From positions 33,604,001 through 33,668,000 of the forward strand of contig OX597825.1 in the NCBI GenBank assembly GCA_951406725.2: 64,000 bases of DNA, read 5' to 3'. The notes beneath the pieces were generated by a model. It made no database searches and had not been told where the DNA came from. It saw only the letters and a program-made list of their open reading frames with translations. A program made the position numbers and the translations under genes. Source of the stretch: Octopus vulgaris (Eukaryota). Every line of letters begins with the position of its first letter. Position 1 is the stretch's first letter. Shown in pieces: positions 37,766 to 50,927 of the stretch.

Positions 37766-38459
37766 GTGTGTGTGTGTGTATGTATATATATATATAGATA
37801 GATAGATAGGTGCATGACCGAGTGATTAGTCAACTAGGCTCTCAGTCAAGGGCATGGGTTCAAATTCCGACTGAAGAAGTGCATTATGTTCTTGGGAAAG
37901 AGACTTTACTTCATATTACTCTAGTCCAGTCATCTAACTCAAATGAGTATCGAGTGACAGAGTACCCACTCAGCAATAAGTTAATGTGACATATTAATGG
38001 AGTCAGTGGTATGATCAAAAACTGTTGAACATGAAGTGGTATTTGTGTATGTGTGTATGCATACACACACACAATCAAGATATTCAGCTGCTGCCCTCAT
38101 GAACAGAAATTTACCTGGGCATACAATAACCAAGATTATCTTTGGACAAGAGAACAGCAGGCATGTACACACATACACACACACTGGTGATACAGTGCAA
38201 CCATGGGAGGCAACTCTTCTACTTTTCCAGATAATGTTATATATCTTTTCACATTTCATTTTGGTTTTTTTACCAACTCTAAGCCAACTAGTCTTGTATA
38301 ACTTTTACATAAAAGAGGCTTTACACTTTTGGCACATCTGAAGTGCCAATATTACCAAGTGCATTAGTTAATTCAAAACTGTTGGTAACGTTCTATTCTG
38401 ACCAGTTATATGCTTTAACCACTAATAACTGCTAAACAAATATATATGTATATATAATA

Positions 38460-39860
38460 TCTCACAGAAGCATGTATACCCCTAAAGCATGTACACCCCA
38501 TTACTCTGATAAATTAATGAAAATTATACTGAATTAAATATATACATGCAAACAGTATACAAATTTGGAACACAAACCAATAAACATTTTCAAAGATATG
38601 AACAAAATATTAATTTTCAAATGATACAAAAAATATGTACACCGTAAAGGATTACTTGCTATTTTCAATATATTTGGTGTGACCACCCTTGCTTTCAATG
38701 ACTGCATTAAGTCTTCTGGGCATAGAGTTGCCTAAATTTCTGCATATAACTGATAAAATTGACCTCTATTCATCATGAATGATGTTTTTCAGCTGTGTTA
38801 CATTGTGGGTTTTTTTTCTCCTCAACCTTCCTTTTCACCCCCACAGATTGGGTTTCAGTCAGGTGACATGGTAGGCCAAAGCAATACCTTTAACTTTTTA
38901 TCTGATAAAAACTTAGTCATCATCTTTGAAGTGTGTTAAGGGTCATTATCATGTCGGAACGTGGAATGACTTCCTAATTCCTTGATGTCTTTCAACATTG
39001 TTTTCTGCAGTATATAACAATAAAGCCTTGAATCCATTGTTCTCTCAATAAATTTGATTCCTCCCACACTAGCCACACTAATGCATCCCCAATGCATAAC
39101 ACATCCGCTGCTGTTTCGCAGTAGACATGGTGCATTTGTCGCTATTATAGTCACCTGGTCATTGCCATACTCGTTTAATACCATCTGACCCAAACAAGTT
39201 GATTTTAGTGTTGTCAGAAAAAAAGAATTTTATTCAAAAAACTCCTTCCCCTTAGTCACATAGATTTTGGCAAAAGAAAGACAACTTGATTTATGCCTGG
39301 TAGTGAGGAGAGGTTTCCTACGAAGAATGTGTCCATGAAGACCACACTGGTTCAAACTTTGTTGAACTGTTTGGGTGGATACACTAACGGAAGACACTTC
39401 TTGGGACAAAAATAAAGTGGTACAACACCTGTCGACTATCATACAATATTGGATGTGGTAAATATCATGTGCAGTTAAAACAGAAGTCGACCTGGATGAT
39501 GTTTATTGCAGAGCCGTCCAGTAGCTTTGTACTTCTGAATTACTTTGGCAACTGTGTTTACACTAATATGTATCTGTTTGCTAATTAACTTGTATCCTAA
39601 ACCATTTTTGTGCATTTTCTTCAAATCTTCAGACAATTCTTTTCCTTTTAGTGCCATTTTAATCACAATGAAGAAGATTTTTCACCATGGTACACAAATA
39701 AGAAATCCTGCAGATGCAATAACAATGACTGGTGCAAAAATGCCAGAAGAAATGATTTATCAGAATTGAAATTATCAGCAATATCTGAATTTAGTAAAAA
39801 AAAAGTGGATAAAATATTGAATGTAGTAAATTTCCTTTAGGGTGTACATACTTTTGTATT
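38460..39860 (-). pseudogene. Tc1-family transposon with decayed transposase (about 39657 down to 38670)
   Basis: KELSEDLK..GLGYKLISK..ISVNTVAKVIQKY, RRKPLL, VMHWGCIS, FRHDNDP, WPTMSPD.NPI and a GGHTKY end; inverted repeats aaa(t/g)tatgtacacc.taaagga at about 38628-38655 and 39830-39856. Confidence 0.93.
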
Positions 39861-40019
39861 GTTTGGTGCTGTTTTTCTCACAGATAGTGCCCAACTGACC
39901 CTACTATACTGTGTAGTTGACAAAATCAAGAACAAACAATGCACATGCACGAAATTAAAAATATAAAATGGTGATAATTTACCCATCGCACCCTGTACAT
40001 ATATGTGTGTGTGTTTTCA

Positions 40020-40460
40020 CCAGTGCTGGTGCCACTTAAAAACCATTCAGTACGCTCTGTAAAGTTGCTGGCATTTGGAAAGGCATCCAGCTGTAAAAAG
40101 CATCCAATAAAGTTTGTGAAGTGGTTGGTATTAAGGAGGGCATCCAACTGTAAAACCATGCTAAACCAAACTTTGCTGGTACTGGTGCCACATATAAAGC
40201 ACCCATTCCATTCGGTGAAGTAGTTGGCATTAGGATGGGCATCCTGCTATAAAAATCATGTCAAAACAAGACTTGCTGGTGCCACATAAAAGCACCCGGT
40301 CTACTCTGTGAAGTGGCTGGCATTAAGAAGGGTATCCAACTGTAAAATCCATTCCAAAACAGACAGTGGAGTTTGGTGCAGTCCTGTGGTTTGCCAGCTC
40401 CTGTTGAAAAATCAAACCCATGCCAGCATGGAAGGCAGGTGTTAAATTATGATGATGGTG
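40020..40460 (+). mobile_element. Old family-C-related element with tandemly repeated aggaagggcatcc.gctgtaaaa module
   Basis: The module recurs four times (about 40075, 40135, 40230 and 40325), then the family C tail follows. Confidence 0.7.
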
Positions 40461-41465
40461 GTTGTAGGATAGGCAGCATGTTTGATTACCTTTGATATTT
40501 TTGAAAATTGTATAGCACTATAGGCATTGGTTATTATTAAACGTTCATAGAAAGCAGTTATTAAAAGATTGATACAAACCGTATATGAGGACACTAGCGT
40601 CTTTGTATTATTGGAAAAGATCTGAGTGGCGTTGTGGTTAGGGTTTTTCATACACAGTCACAAGATCCTGGTTTTGATTCCTAGACCAGGTGCTACATTG
40701 TATTCTTGAGCAAAATACTTCATTCACATGGTTCCAGTTTACTCAGCTGGGAACGAGTAGCCCATTCAGGGTCACTTAGATGCCATGGAAACCAGATAAC
40801 CAACCCTAAGAGTCCTAGGACTCAAGACAATAATATGCAGGGGTTGATGAAATGAATGTATTGGATATTGAATATTTTCATCTCAGATGCAAAGTTATAA
40901 AAGCAAAAATATATTAAAAAAATTTTTTTATTATTTCCTATGTAAATAATCAGTTCCATCTTCCATGTCAGAATGTGTGTGTGTGTGTTTGTTTATACTC
41001 TTGAATTGTATAAATTTAAAGAACTACTTTGATGATAACCTGGTTGACTGTGTCTGAGACACTACCAGAGTTTCTTTTCATTATATTTTGTAAGTTGTCA
41101 CAGCTTCTTTTTCACTTCAAAAGAAATATGAAAATGATGAGTGACATGAAGATATAAAGCTGTGTGGTGATCCTTTGTCATAACTGATTGTTGCAATTAT
41201 TCAGTTTATAGAATATAATTGCTGTCTACCAGACTAGGCTTAGCTTTTGTTATTATCATTTCCATTGTTAATGGTGACTATTCATGTCAGTAGGAGAATG
41301 ACCCACTATGCAGGCACTCAGTCAGCTAGAAATAACAGCTAAATCTCCTTCCAGTCACCTTGCCAACATAAACAAATGAAAAGATACATTGGATATTGTA
41401 GTCCATATGTACTAGTAAAAAGGTTTGATGTGTGTCCTTAAAATTTATACTATTTAAGAATGCAG

Positions 41466-41500
<35 letters not shown>

Positions 41501-42650
41501 CGCCGCCTTGACTGGCTTCCGTGCCGGTGGCACGTAAAAAGCACCCACTGTCGAACCGTCCAACCCATGCTAGCATGGAGAACGGACGTTAAACGATGAT
41601 GATGATGACATATGCATATATCTATGTTTGGCTCTAGGAAAGGCAGCCTGGTGCAGCTCCTGGCCTTTTTAGCTCCTCTCAAATTGTTCAACCCATGCCA
41701 GCATGGAAAATGGATGTAAAATGATGATGATGTTGTAAGTGTGCAGTTATTGTTGTTTTTCTGTTTGATATTTGTATAAGAGAAGAGGTACTTAAGCAGT
41801 GAACTACAGTTATCATTAAGATCCTAAATAAACTCTATTATGCTTCTAAAAGAATTTTTGAAATATCTTATATTTAGGATTTTAGCAAGTGTATTTCATT
41901 ATCTTAACACCCTTTTCTAATAATGAAGTGTTCCATCTTTTTTTTTTACTATATAAATATGAAAAGGAATTTTTCATCATTGGGTGAATAAGCCATCACA
42001 GTCGAAACAGTTTTTTTTTAATACATACATACATGCTTTCATACATAAATATATGCACACACACATACACGCACTTTCTCTGTCTCTCATTCATGTGCAC
42101 ACATACACATAACATGAGAGACTGAATTGCTTGTCTTTATGTCAAAAGCTTCAGTGTTTTGCTTTTACAATTTTGCTTCAGTGCTGCAAATATTCAATGT
42201 CCAATACATTTGTTATCTATCACCAGATCAACCTTGATCCAGTAGATCTATGGCCAAGGGCTCATAGGTTTGCTTGATCAGAGTTGACCTGGGGATAAAC
42301 AACAGAGATCATCAGCTGGCAAAGAGGATCTTTGTTAAGTCCAGTCATGTGTTCTACATTGTTTATAATACGCTAATGAGGGAATCCCACCCATTGGCAC
42401 ACTGGATAATGCATTCTGTTACACTATTTTAAACTAAACACTTGGAATAAATAACAACTACAACAATGTGACTGTAGTTTAGCTGTACTTGTCTCTCTGA
42501 TAGCATAAAATCCTATAAGTGTATCCTGGTAGTCAAATATTTCTTCCTGTACTTCTCACAAACAAACAAGCATTGTGAGATTATCACAATCATTGACAGC
42601 TGCAGTAATAGTTTTGACATACATTTGCCCTGGTATAAGTATAATAAATA

Positions 42651-42878
42651 TCTTTTATCTTTTACTTCTTTCAGTCATTGAACTGCGACCATGCTGGGGC
42701 TCCACCTTCAAGGGTTTAGCTGAAAAAAATCAACCCTTGTACCTACTTTATTATTAAAATCTGGTACATATTATTTCATTGGGTCTCTTTTACCAAACTG
42801 CTAAGTAATGGGGATGTTATCAAACCAACATCAGTTGTCAAATGGTGCTGGAACAAACACATATACATATTTACATAA

Positions 42879-42928
<50 letters not shown>

Positions 42929-43249
42929 TCATCATCATCATCATCGTTTAACGTCCGCTTCCGCGCTAGCACGGGTTGGACGGTTTGACCGGGTCTGGGA
43001 AGCCAGGGCCGCACCAGGCTCCAGTCTGAATCTGGCAGAGTTTCTACGGCTGGATGCCCTTCCTAACGCCAACCACTCCGTGAGTGGATTGGGTGCTTTT
43101 TACGTGCCACCTGCACAGGGGCCGGAGGGTCCGGCATCGTCACGATCGGTTCGAGCATTTTAACGTGTCAGCGGCACGGGGGCAACGAGGTCCGGGGTAC
43201 TTATATATATATATATATATATACACTCACATATATATATATATACACT

Positions 43250-43293
<44 letters not shown>

Positions 43294-43639
43294 CACACAC
43301 GTACACATATATGTGTATGCATGTATATGTATATATATATGTGGCTGTTGTTCACAACAGAACATGTGTAACATGTGGTAAGGTATACCTCTCAGTTGCA
43401 GGACTGGAAAGGCATGTCAAAAGAGTTCAGACTGTGGCACCTATTCTTTCTGCCAGCCAGCACAGCTGTGCATTATGTAATACATTGTGCGAAACTTTTG
43501 CTGGGCTCAAGAGTCATACAAAGGCCTCACATTGCATCAACATTGACTCGTTTCATTGATTCTTTCTGGCAATGGCTTTGCTCGTAAATGAGAAAGCTGC
43601 TAAGGTATATATATATATACATACATATTATGTGTATGC

Positions 43640-43682
<43 letters not shown>

Positions 43683-43784
43683 TTCTATGGGATAATAAAT
43701 TTCTGAATCGAAACAGCTGTCAGAAATGTTGTTATATTTTATAATTAATAAATATTTTATTAGGGTTAGGGTTTCTCCTTATTC

Positions 43785-43827
<43 letters not shown>

Positions 43828-44165
43828 CATATAAAGTTAATCCAAACAAGAAAGCACAAAAAAAAAACGCGAGAACGTGGAACAAATATAGTATTATTGG
43901 ATGCTCAGGAAAGAAGGAGGGTTTAACGTTTTGAGCGGAGCTCTTCATCGGAAACATAAGAGAAGGGAAGACAGAGGAAAAAAAATCGCCAATGGTTCAC
44001 ACGAGGTCACATACATACAAAATAAACTTCCACACAGTTTCACTTACTAGGCATTGATTGGCCCTGGGGCTGTAGTAGAAGATACTTGCCCAGGTATTCC
44101 CTCACAGTAGGAATGAACCTAAAATCACATGGTTGCAAAGTGACTTTCTTAGCCACAAAGTTACT
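42651..44165 (-). mobile_element. SINE family A copy split at its internal microsatellite by at least four nested inserts
   Basis: Tail half at about 42651-42860 and head half at about 44040-44165, both antisense and colinear with family A. Confidence 0.7.
43340..43606 (+). mobile_element. LINE (RTE-like) 3' fragment with two decayed C2H2-like motifs
   Basis: [17 protein letters not shown] and [22 protein letters not shown]; the CxxC...GLxSH pattern is typical of RTE ORF ends; bounded by (TA)n. Confidence 0.6.
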
Positions 44166-44727
44166 CATTGATTCACCAGAGCCATCTTTCGTACTTGTTG
44201 AATCTTTACATCTGTGGTGGAGGTTTATGTGTGTGCTGCTCCTCCTTTGAGTCTTCATTTTTCTGGTCATTTTTAAATTTCTTGATGCACTCATACAAAC
44301 TTCAGCATGGTAGAGCACTGTGCCTGTATTGTACTGAAAATCTATGATAAATTCAGCTCCTGCCCCTCTTTTAGACCAGACAAATTGGTTCACTGATCTC
44401 TGTTGCTTGTTGGTCCACACTGCCAGCAGAGTTGCCATGTTTATTCTGTAACACAAGAAAGAAAACTGGGGTGATCAAGGCCAAACATTGGTTACATAAC
44501 CTCCAGAGTACCACCTTTTAGCATGATGTCACTGAAAGCAGTGTGTCCAATTTGGAGAAAGTTATGGCTGAAGTGCAGATAATTTTTGACTTCTCCTTGT
44601 GTGTGTGTGTTAAATGATGATGATATATATATATATGTACATTATCATCATTTAACATCAATTTTCATTGCTGGCATGGGTTGGACAAATATATATATAT
44701 ATAATCATCATCATACTGGCACAGGTT

Positions 44728-44775
<48 letters not shown>

Positions 44776-45659
44776 GCTTCCCTACCATTTAATCTTAGGT
44801 TAGCCTTGTGAATGGAGTTAGTTGACAGAAACTGAAAGAAACAGTTCTGTGTTTGTTTGTGTGTGTTTGTGTACCCCTGTTTTAAATATCATGTAATTAC
44901 TGTAAATGAGCAACATTGTCATGTAAGAGTTGTTTGTTTTCAGTCTCTCATGTAAAACATTTCTAGTTGTGATAAATATTGCCTTGCTTGGAAACTGGTG
45001 TAGATTGGCAACAGGAATGACATCCAGCTATAGAAAATCTGCTTCAGCAATCTGACCCTGCAAGCATGAAAAAACGGACAATAAATGATGAAATATGGAG
45101 TTCTCACAGTTTTTGTTTCCAGAGGAATAGTAGATGACACTTGTCCAAGGTGACTTTCACCCACTCTCTGCTTATCTCAAAGCACAGATATACTCCTATG
45201 TGTGTGTGCGCGCGCACATACACACACACAGACGCATGCGCACACACACACATCTCCCTCTCGTCCCTTCTTCATTGTCCCTTACATAGACAAGTAAACA
45301 CAGACAAAGGATCCTTCATCAGTTATCGCTTGTCTATCTACTCCTCATTTCAAGCATTCAATGATAATATGAGTCTTCAAAGACAGTTTCTCCCATAAAT
45401 TCCAAAATAAAATTTTGGATTTATGGAGGGTCAAAGTTGGGAACAAAAGCAGGATAGTGGAGACATACAAGGAAACCAAACGAAAACAAACATGGAGGGT
45501 TGTTGGACCAGAACAAAAGGAAAATAGTGAACATTGGGGAGAAACATTTTCTTTGGAAAGAGAAAAGATAGAAGAGAAAGAAAATGTCCAGTCCTTAGAA
45601 TGTCATGCAGGAAAAGAAAGGTGGATGATGATCACATGTCCATCTTTCTTTTCCTGCAG

Positions 45660-46148
45660 TCTTTTCTACATCAAGTGCCTGGAGGAGGTAGTGCAGCTCT
45701 GGGTCAAGAGGGTGGCTGCTGGAAGACCCTATGTCTGGCAACAGGACTCTCTACCATGCCACATATGCAGGAGAACCTAGTCATGGCTGTTAGACAATTT
45801 CTGCGACCACACCACCTCTAACATCTGGCCACCTAACTCCCCAGACTGCAACCCCCTTGATTATTATGTGTGGAGTGCAGTTGAATGAAAGACCAACAAA
45901 ACTCCTTGTAACACAAAAAATGAACTGAAGTCAAGGATTATGGCAGCATTCACCAACTTAAACAAGGCGACCATCCAGAAGATGTCTGGAGGCCACGGTT
46001 GAAGCCAATGGCAATTTTATTGAATAAATTTACTCTTCAGTATTTCAAGATATTTTTATGTTTGGTGACTATATCTGTTAAAATGGGATGACAGTGTCAT
46101 ATACATTTTTGCATAATTTACACAACAATGTATTCACCACACTCTGTA
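45660..46148 (+). pseudogene. DD37D (maT-type) transposase C-terminal remnant
   Basis: YVWQQDSLPCH...WPPNSPDCNPLDYYVW with exactly 37 codons between the last two catalytic Asp; in-frame stops; ends ...ctctgTA. Confidence 0.88.
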
Positions 46149-46639
46149 TATGGCTGTTGCCGACGTTTTATAGGAATGTTAAGTTGACCTTAAGTGTTTG
46201 AGTGGCATGTCATAATACCAATCCTAGAAGAATGAAAGGTAAAGTTGACGTCAGCTGGATCTAAGTTCTGACACTAAAGGAAGCGTGCTAAGTACTGCAT
46301 GGTCATTTTTTTGTCCAGTGCTACAGAGAGTCTATTGAGTGTACTAGACAAAATGTTTTATGGTATTAGATTGCATCTCTCCATATGTGTTGTATGGAGA
46401 ATCTGTACACCCATGTGATGGGCTAAATAAACTATACTTGTTAGTATAAATGAGCATGCACAGAACAGTGTGAGAAGAGTGTCATATGCATAGTCATAGT
46501 GTACAGGTCATAAGAATTAATGAATAGAGATATCATGGAGTGCTTGTTGAAGATACACAGTTGGTGAGTAATAAGAGAACATCGGGAACGTTTGATATTA
46601 TAACAGTTCTGATATAACAGTGACAACGAGAAGTCATAC

Positions 46640-46861
46640 TTATTTATTTATTGCCCACAAGGGGCTAAACACAGAGAGGACAAACGGATTAAGTTGATTA
46701 CATCAACCCCAGTGCGTAACTGGTACTTAATTTATTGACCCTGAAAGGATGAAAGGCAAAGTCGATCTCGGTGGAATTTGAACTCACAACGTAACGACAG
46801 ACGAAATATCGCTAAGCATTTCGTCCGGCGTGCTAACGTTTCTGCCAGCTCGCTGCCTTAT
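46640..46861 (-). mobile_element. SINE family B, tail type 2; 12-bp TSD gagaagtcatac
   Basis: TSD at 46628-46639 and 46862-46873. Confidence 0.9.
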
Positions 46862-47117
46862 GAGAAGTCATACATCATATGAATATGTTGTGTTCAAAAC
46901 CTGCTAAAATGTGACTGAGTCTTTTCCATTTTTTTGCGAGGGTCAGTTGAAATAAGTACCAGTCAACTACTGGAAGTTGAATGGAATTTAGTGTTGCCCT
47001 TCCTCCCATTTACTTAAATAAATAAAATATAACAGAGGCATGAGAAAGTTATTATAAGAGGAGTAATATTGTAATTTATAAAATCTATATATCTTAAGAT
47101 TATTTTAGTTTCATTCT

Positions 47118-47160
<43 letters not shown>

Positions 47161-48532
47161 TGATTTAGATAGATATATCACTACATCTCTTCTTTCCTTT
47201 CACTCTCTCCCTCCTTCTCTCATATATATATATGTATACGGAGAATTCACAAAAAAAGAAAAGACAAATACAGATAATTGTCACATATTACATCTACAGA
47301 TATATACATATATATGTGTATATTTATATATCCACAGGTCATTCTTAGTTTTCATTCCCCTTATCCCTCTATATCCTCTCTCTCTAGCCCTTTCTCTCAC
47401 TCATCATATTTATTTTACTTCTTTCTTACATTTTAATGTGGAAAATAGGTGTAGGGCCCATTGCTTTTGAAACCCAGCATACTACCTGATGTTAATGTAG
47501 CTGATGCGTCTTAGTAAATGCAAACATAATACTGTTTGTTGTGGTGGGTATAGTGCAATAGGAAGAACATTTTTCTCATAAAATAACTTTATACATCATA
47601 GCAAAAAAAGAAAAGAATTGATAAAGCTGTTGTTAATATGACACTGTTGTTACAAAACCGTTTTTGAGACTTTAGAATTATGAAGTAGAATTGGCTAGTG
47701 TAATAAAAACGTGTCTATTACTGCTTAATTATTTCTACTTGACACATAACTGTAGATTTCTAAACATTTCCCGCCTTAACCTACTTTAAATAGTTAAACT
47801 AAGTGTTGTACTATTTGATTATATTTGCATTTTTTTGTTTTGTTTTCTGTATTTTAAAATCCTGTATCATTGAACAGTAGCATGGCTGCCTGGGTAAGAC
47901 ACTTGCTTCCCAACCATGTAGTCATGAGTTCAGTCCCAGTGTGTGACACCTTGGGCAAGTGTCTTCAACTATTGCTCCAGGTCAACCAAAGTGGATCTGG
48001 TCAACAGAAACTGAGAGAATCTTGCCGGATATGTGTGTGTGTATATATACACCCACACCCACATATATATAAATCATCATAATCATCTAACATCCGTTTT
48101 CCATGTTAGCGTGTGTTGGATGGTTTGACTGAAAACTGGGGAGCTGCACCAGGTCCCAATCTGATTTGGCATGGTTTCTATGGCTGGATGTCTTTCCTAA
48201 TGCCAGTCACCCCAAGGGTGTAGTGGGTGCCCTTTATATGCCACCAGCACAGGTGGCAGTTACGTTAACACAGGCATTGGGCAGGACCATGATCTCACTT
48301 GGCTTCACAGGTCTTCTTAATTATGGTATATTGCCAAGGGTCTTGGTGCCTGTCACTGCCTCTGTGAGGCCCAATGTTCTAGCAGTGCTTTTTATGTGCT
48401 ACATACATTTATTTTTCTTAAACAAGAATATTATTGACAGTGACTTTGAGGTTTTGGCCAGTTAACCCATCATTAAACTGCCGTCAGTGATTGTGGTGAC
48501 AGCAGCAATTGCAGCAAAACTTCATTGGTTAA

Positions 48533-48752
48533 CCCTTTTGATACCAACCCGGCTGAAACCGCCTCTGGCTCTGTAGTACAAATGTCTTGTTTTCAAAAGT
48601 TCTGGATTAAAATCTTTCACCAAACCTTAGTCACAATTTATGTAGTTACACTAGCTTAATGATAACTAAGTTATTTTACTAAATTCTTTCTTATATTTAA
48701 AGTAATTGAAAGAAACACAGAACACTTCAAAATAAATACAGTAACGAAAGGG
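48533..48752 (+). mobile_element. piggyBac-like MITE family 1 with TTAA TSD
   Basis: TTAA-cccttttgatac...gtaacgaaaggg-TTAA. Confidence 0.9.
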
Positions 48753-49797
48753 TTAATGTAGTTTTAGATCCACATCATCTGACAAAAACAGGATGGTCAA
48801 GGCTACAACAAGGAAGTCTCAATCCTATTGAAGAAGTGTCTGTGTTGTTGCATGGCCTATGTAAAATAGTAACCAAATTTCTCATAACCCTTTATACTGT
48901 AGAACACATATGTATCCACTCAAAATTTCAATACCCTGAACTGTGGAAAGTAATTTTATATACCAGTGTATCTTTTGTTGTGGAATGTCATGCTTGGAAC
49001 TATTTTCTATTTAGATACATCAAGTTTATTGAAACAACTTGACTTGCAAAAAATTTTTGTTCTATTTTTGGTAGATATTTAGCATCATTACTGGAATCAG
49101 CATCATCATCATCTTCATCATCATCATTATCATTTAACATCCATTTTCAATGCTGGCATGGGTTTAGACGGTTTGACTGGAACTGGTAAGCCAGAGAACT
49201 GTACCAGACTCCAGTCTGTTTTGACTTGGTTTCTAGGGTTGGTGCCCTTCCTAACACAAACCACTCCAGTGTACTGGCTGCCTTTTATGTGGCACCAGCA
49301 CAGATGCCTTTAACATGTCATCGGCACAAGTGCCTTTAATGTGTCACCAGCATAAGTGCCTTCATTTAATTTCACAGTTGAAGAGTTTAAAAATGCTTTA
49401 CCATCTTCAAAAAGTTTATTTATGAAACCAATGATGAATTCAGTGTTAGAGACAGGATGTCGTCTGAAAAGATGATGTTGGTGATCAGAACCTAACTACT
49501 TTTAATCATAAGTCCACTCAGTATGAGTTGACATTGGGCTAAACAAGACCTTTTTTTAGTTAATCAGACAAGGAAGGTCAGGACTCAATAACATTTTTTT
49601 CTGGGCCTTCATAACAAGGGAGGAAGCTATCTCAAAACTTGAGACCTGGCTTGAATACATTCAAAAGGCATCACACACTCAAGGGCCTTGTAGGGTTTCT
49701 TTTTGTTACTCGACAGAAGTCTTCTGAACATGTATTTTACTTTAAGTATTTAAACCAACTGTTTAAAACTATAACCCATATATTTTTATCATTTCAG

Positions 49798-49840
49798 TGA
49801 AGATAGTGACAGAGTTATTGATGGACATTGAGTTGTTTTT
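49798..49840 (+). CDS. SNX27: Candidate SNX27 small exon containing a stop (phase 2: S-EDSDRVIDGH*, TGA at 49829-49831)
   Basis: tttcag acceptor, gtaagt donor, 43 nt; phase-compatible with the 32697-32740 exon. Supported by splice signals only. Confidence 0.45.
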
Positions 49841-49924
49841 GTAAGTAACTAATGTTTAATTGTTTTTTTATTGTTGTTGCTGGTTTTGGGGGGAAGGGGG
49901 TGTTTTTTTATTTTTTTTTAAAAT

Positions 49925-50316
49925 ATTTTATTTTTTACTTGTTTCAGTCATTTTTGACTGCTGCCATGCTAGGGTACCCCACTGAAGAGTCTCAGTTGAA
50001 CAAATCAAACTCGGGACTTTGCTACTTATTCTATCAGTCTCTCTTGCAGGGACGTAAACACAACACCAGTTGTCAAACAGTGTGCTTGTGTCTGTGGGCA
50101 GGGGGTGGAGTAGACAACCAAAGACACACATACACATACACACAAACATATACATAATATATATATGTATATATATGATGGGCTTCTTTCAGTTTCCATC
50201 TACCAAATCCACTCAAGGCTTTGGTCGGCCTGAGACTATACTAGAAGACACCCAAGTTGCCATGCAGTGGGACTGAACCGGGGACCATGTGGTTGAGAAG
50301 CAAGCTTTTTACCACA
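49925..50316 (-). mobile_element. SINE family A copy, antisense
   Basis: Reverse complement of family A with small deletions. Confidence 0.85.
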
Positions 50317-50733
50317 ATATTTCTTCAAAAAGATTTAACCCATATAATTTAAATGGAACAAGACAATATATCTCATTTATTTTTGCACACACCAGCAAGG
50401 GTGCATCTATGCAGTTGCTCAGTCTGCTGGAAATTGCACCCATATGGTAGTAGAGGTAGTTACCTTCATCTATCATGTGGTCTAACTCTGTAACCTGGCT
50501 CTTGAGTGGAGTGCCTCCTTCAGTAGAGTTGACATCTTTTGTAAACTCTTAGGCCAAGTCTCTAGTATGAGGAGAACCTATGACTCAGGGTTCAATCCTC
50601 CATTCCCCCTCTCCCATTTCTGCCTTCCTGCAGTCTCAGAAACCCTGCAATAAAATCATGAATGCTGTTGTTCTCGCGTTGACAAAATCATTAAAGAATA
50701 TAATTATAAAGGATACATTAAATAATATATAGA

Positions 50734-50896
50734 GGCGTAGGAGTAGCTGTGTGGTAAGTAGCTTGCTTACGAACCACATGGTTCTGGGTTCATTCCCACT
50801 GCGTGGCACCTTGGGCAAGTGTCTTCTACTATAGCCTTGGGCCGACCAAAGCCTTGTGAGTGGATTTGGTAGATGGAAACTGAAAGAAGCCCGTCG

Positions 50897-50927
<31 letters not shown>

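Noticed and set aside
43311-43559. Possible host C2H2 zinc-finger gene (a family expanded in octopus)
   Set aside because: No TGEKP linkers or splice context, decayed His ligands, bounded by (TA)n; fits a LINE ORF C-terminus better.
47495-47535. ctgatgcgtcttagtaaatgcaaac as another hammerhead
   Set aside because: Both core boxes deviate and stem II does not pair convincingly.
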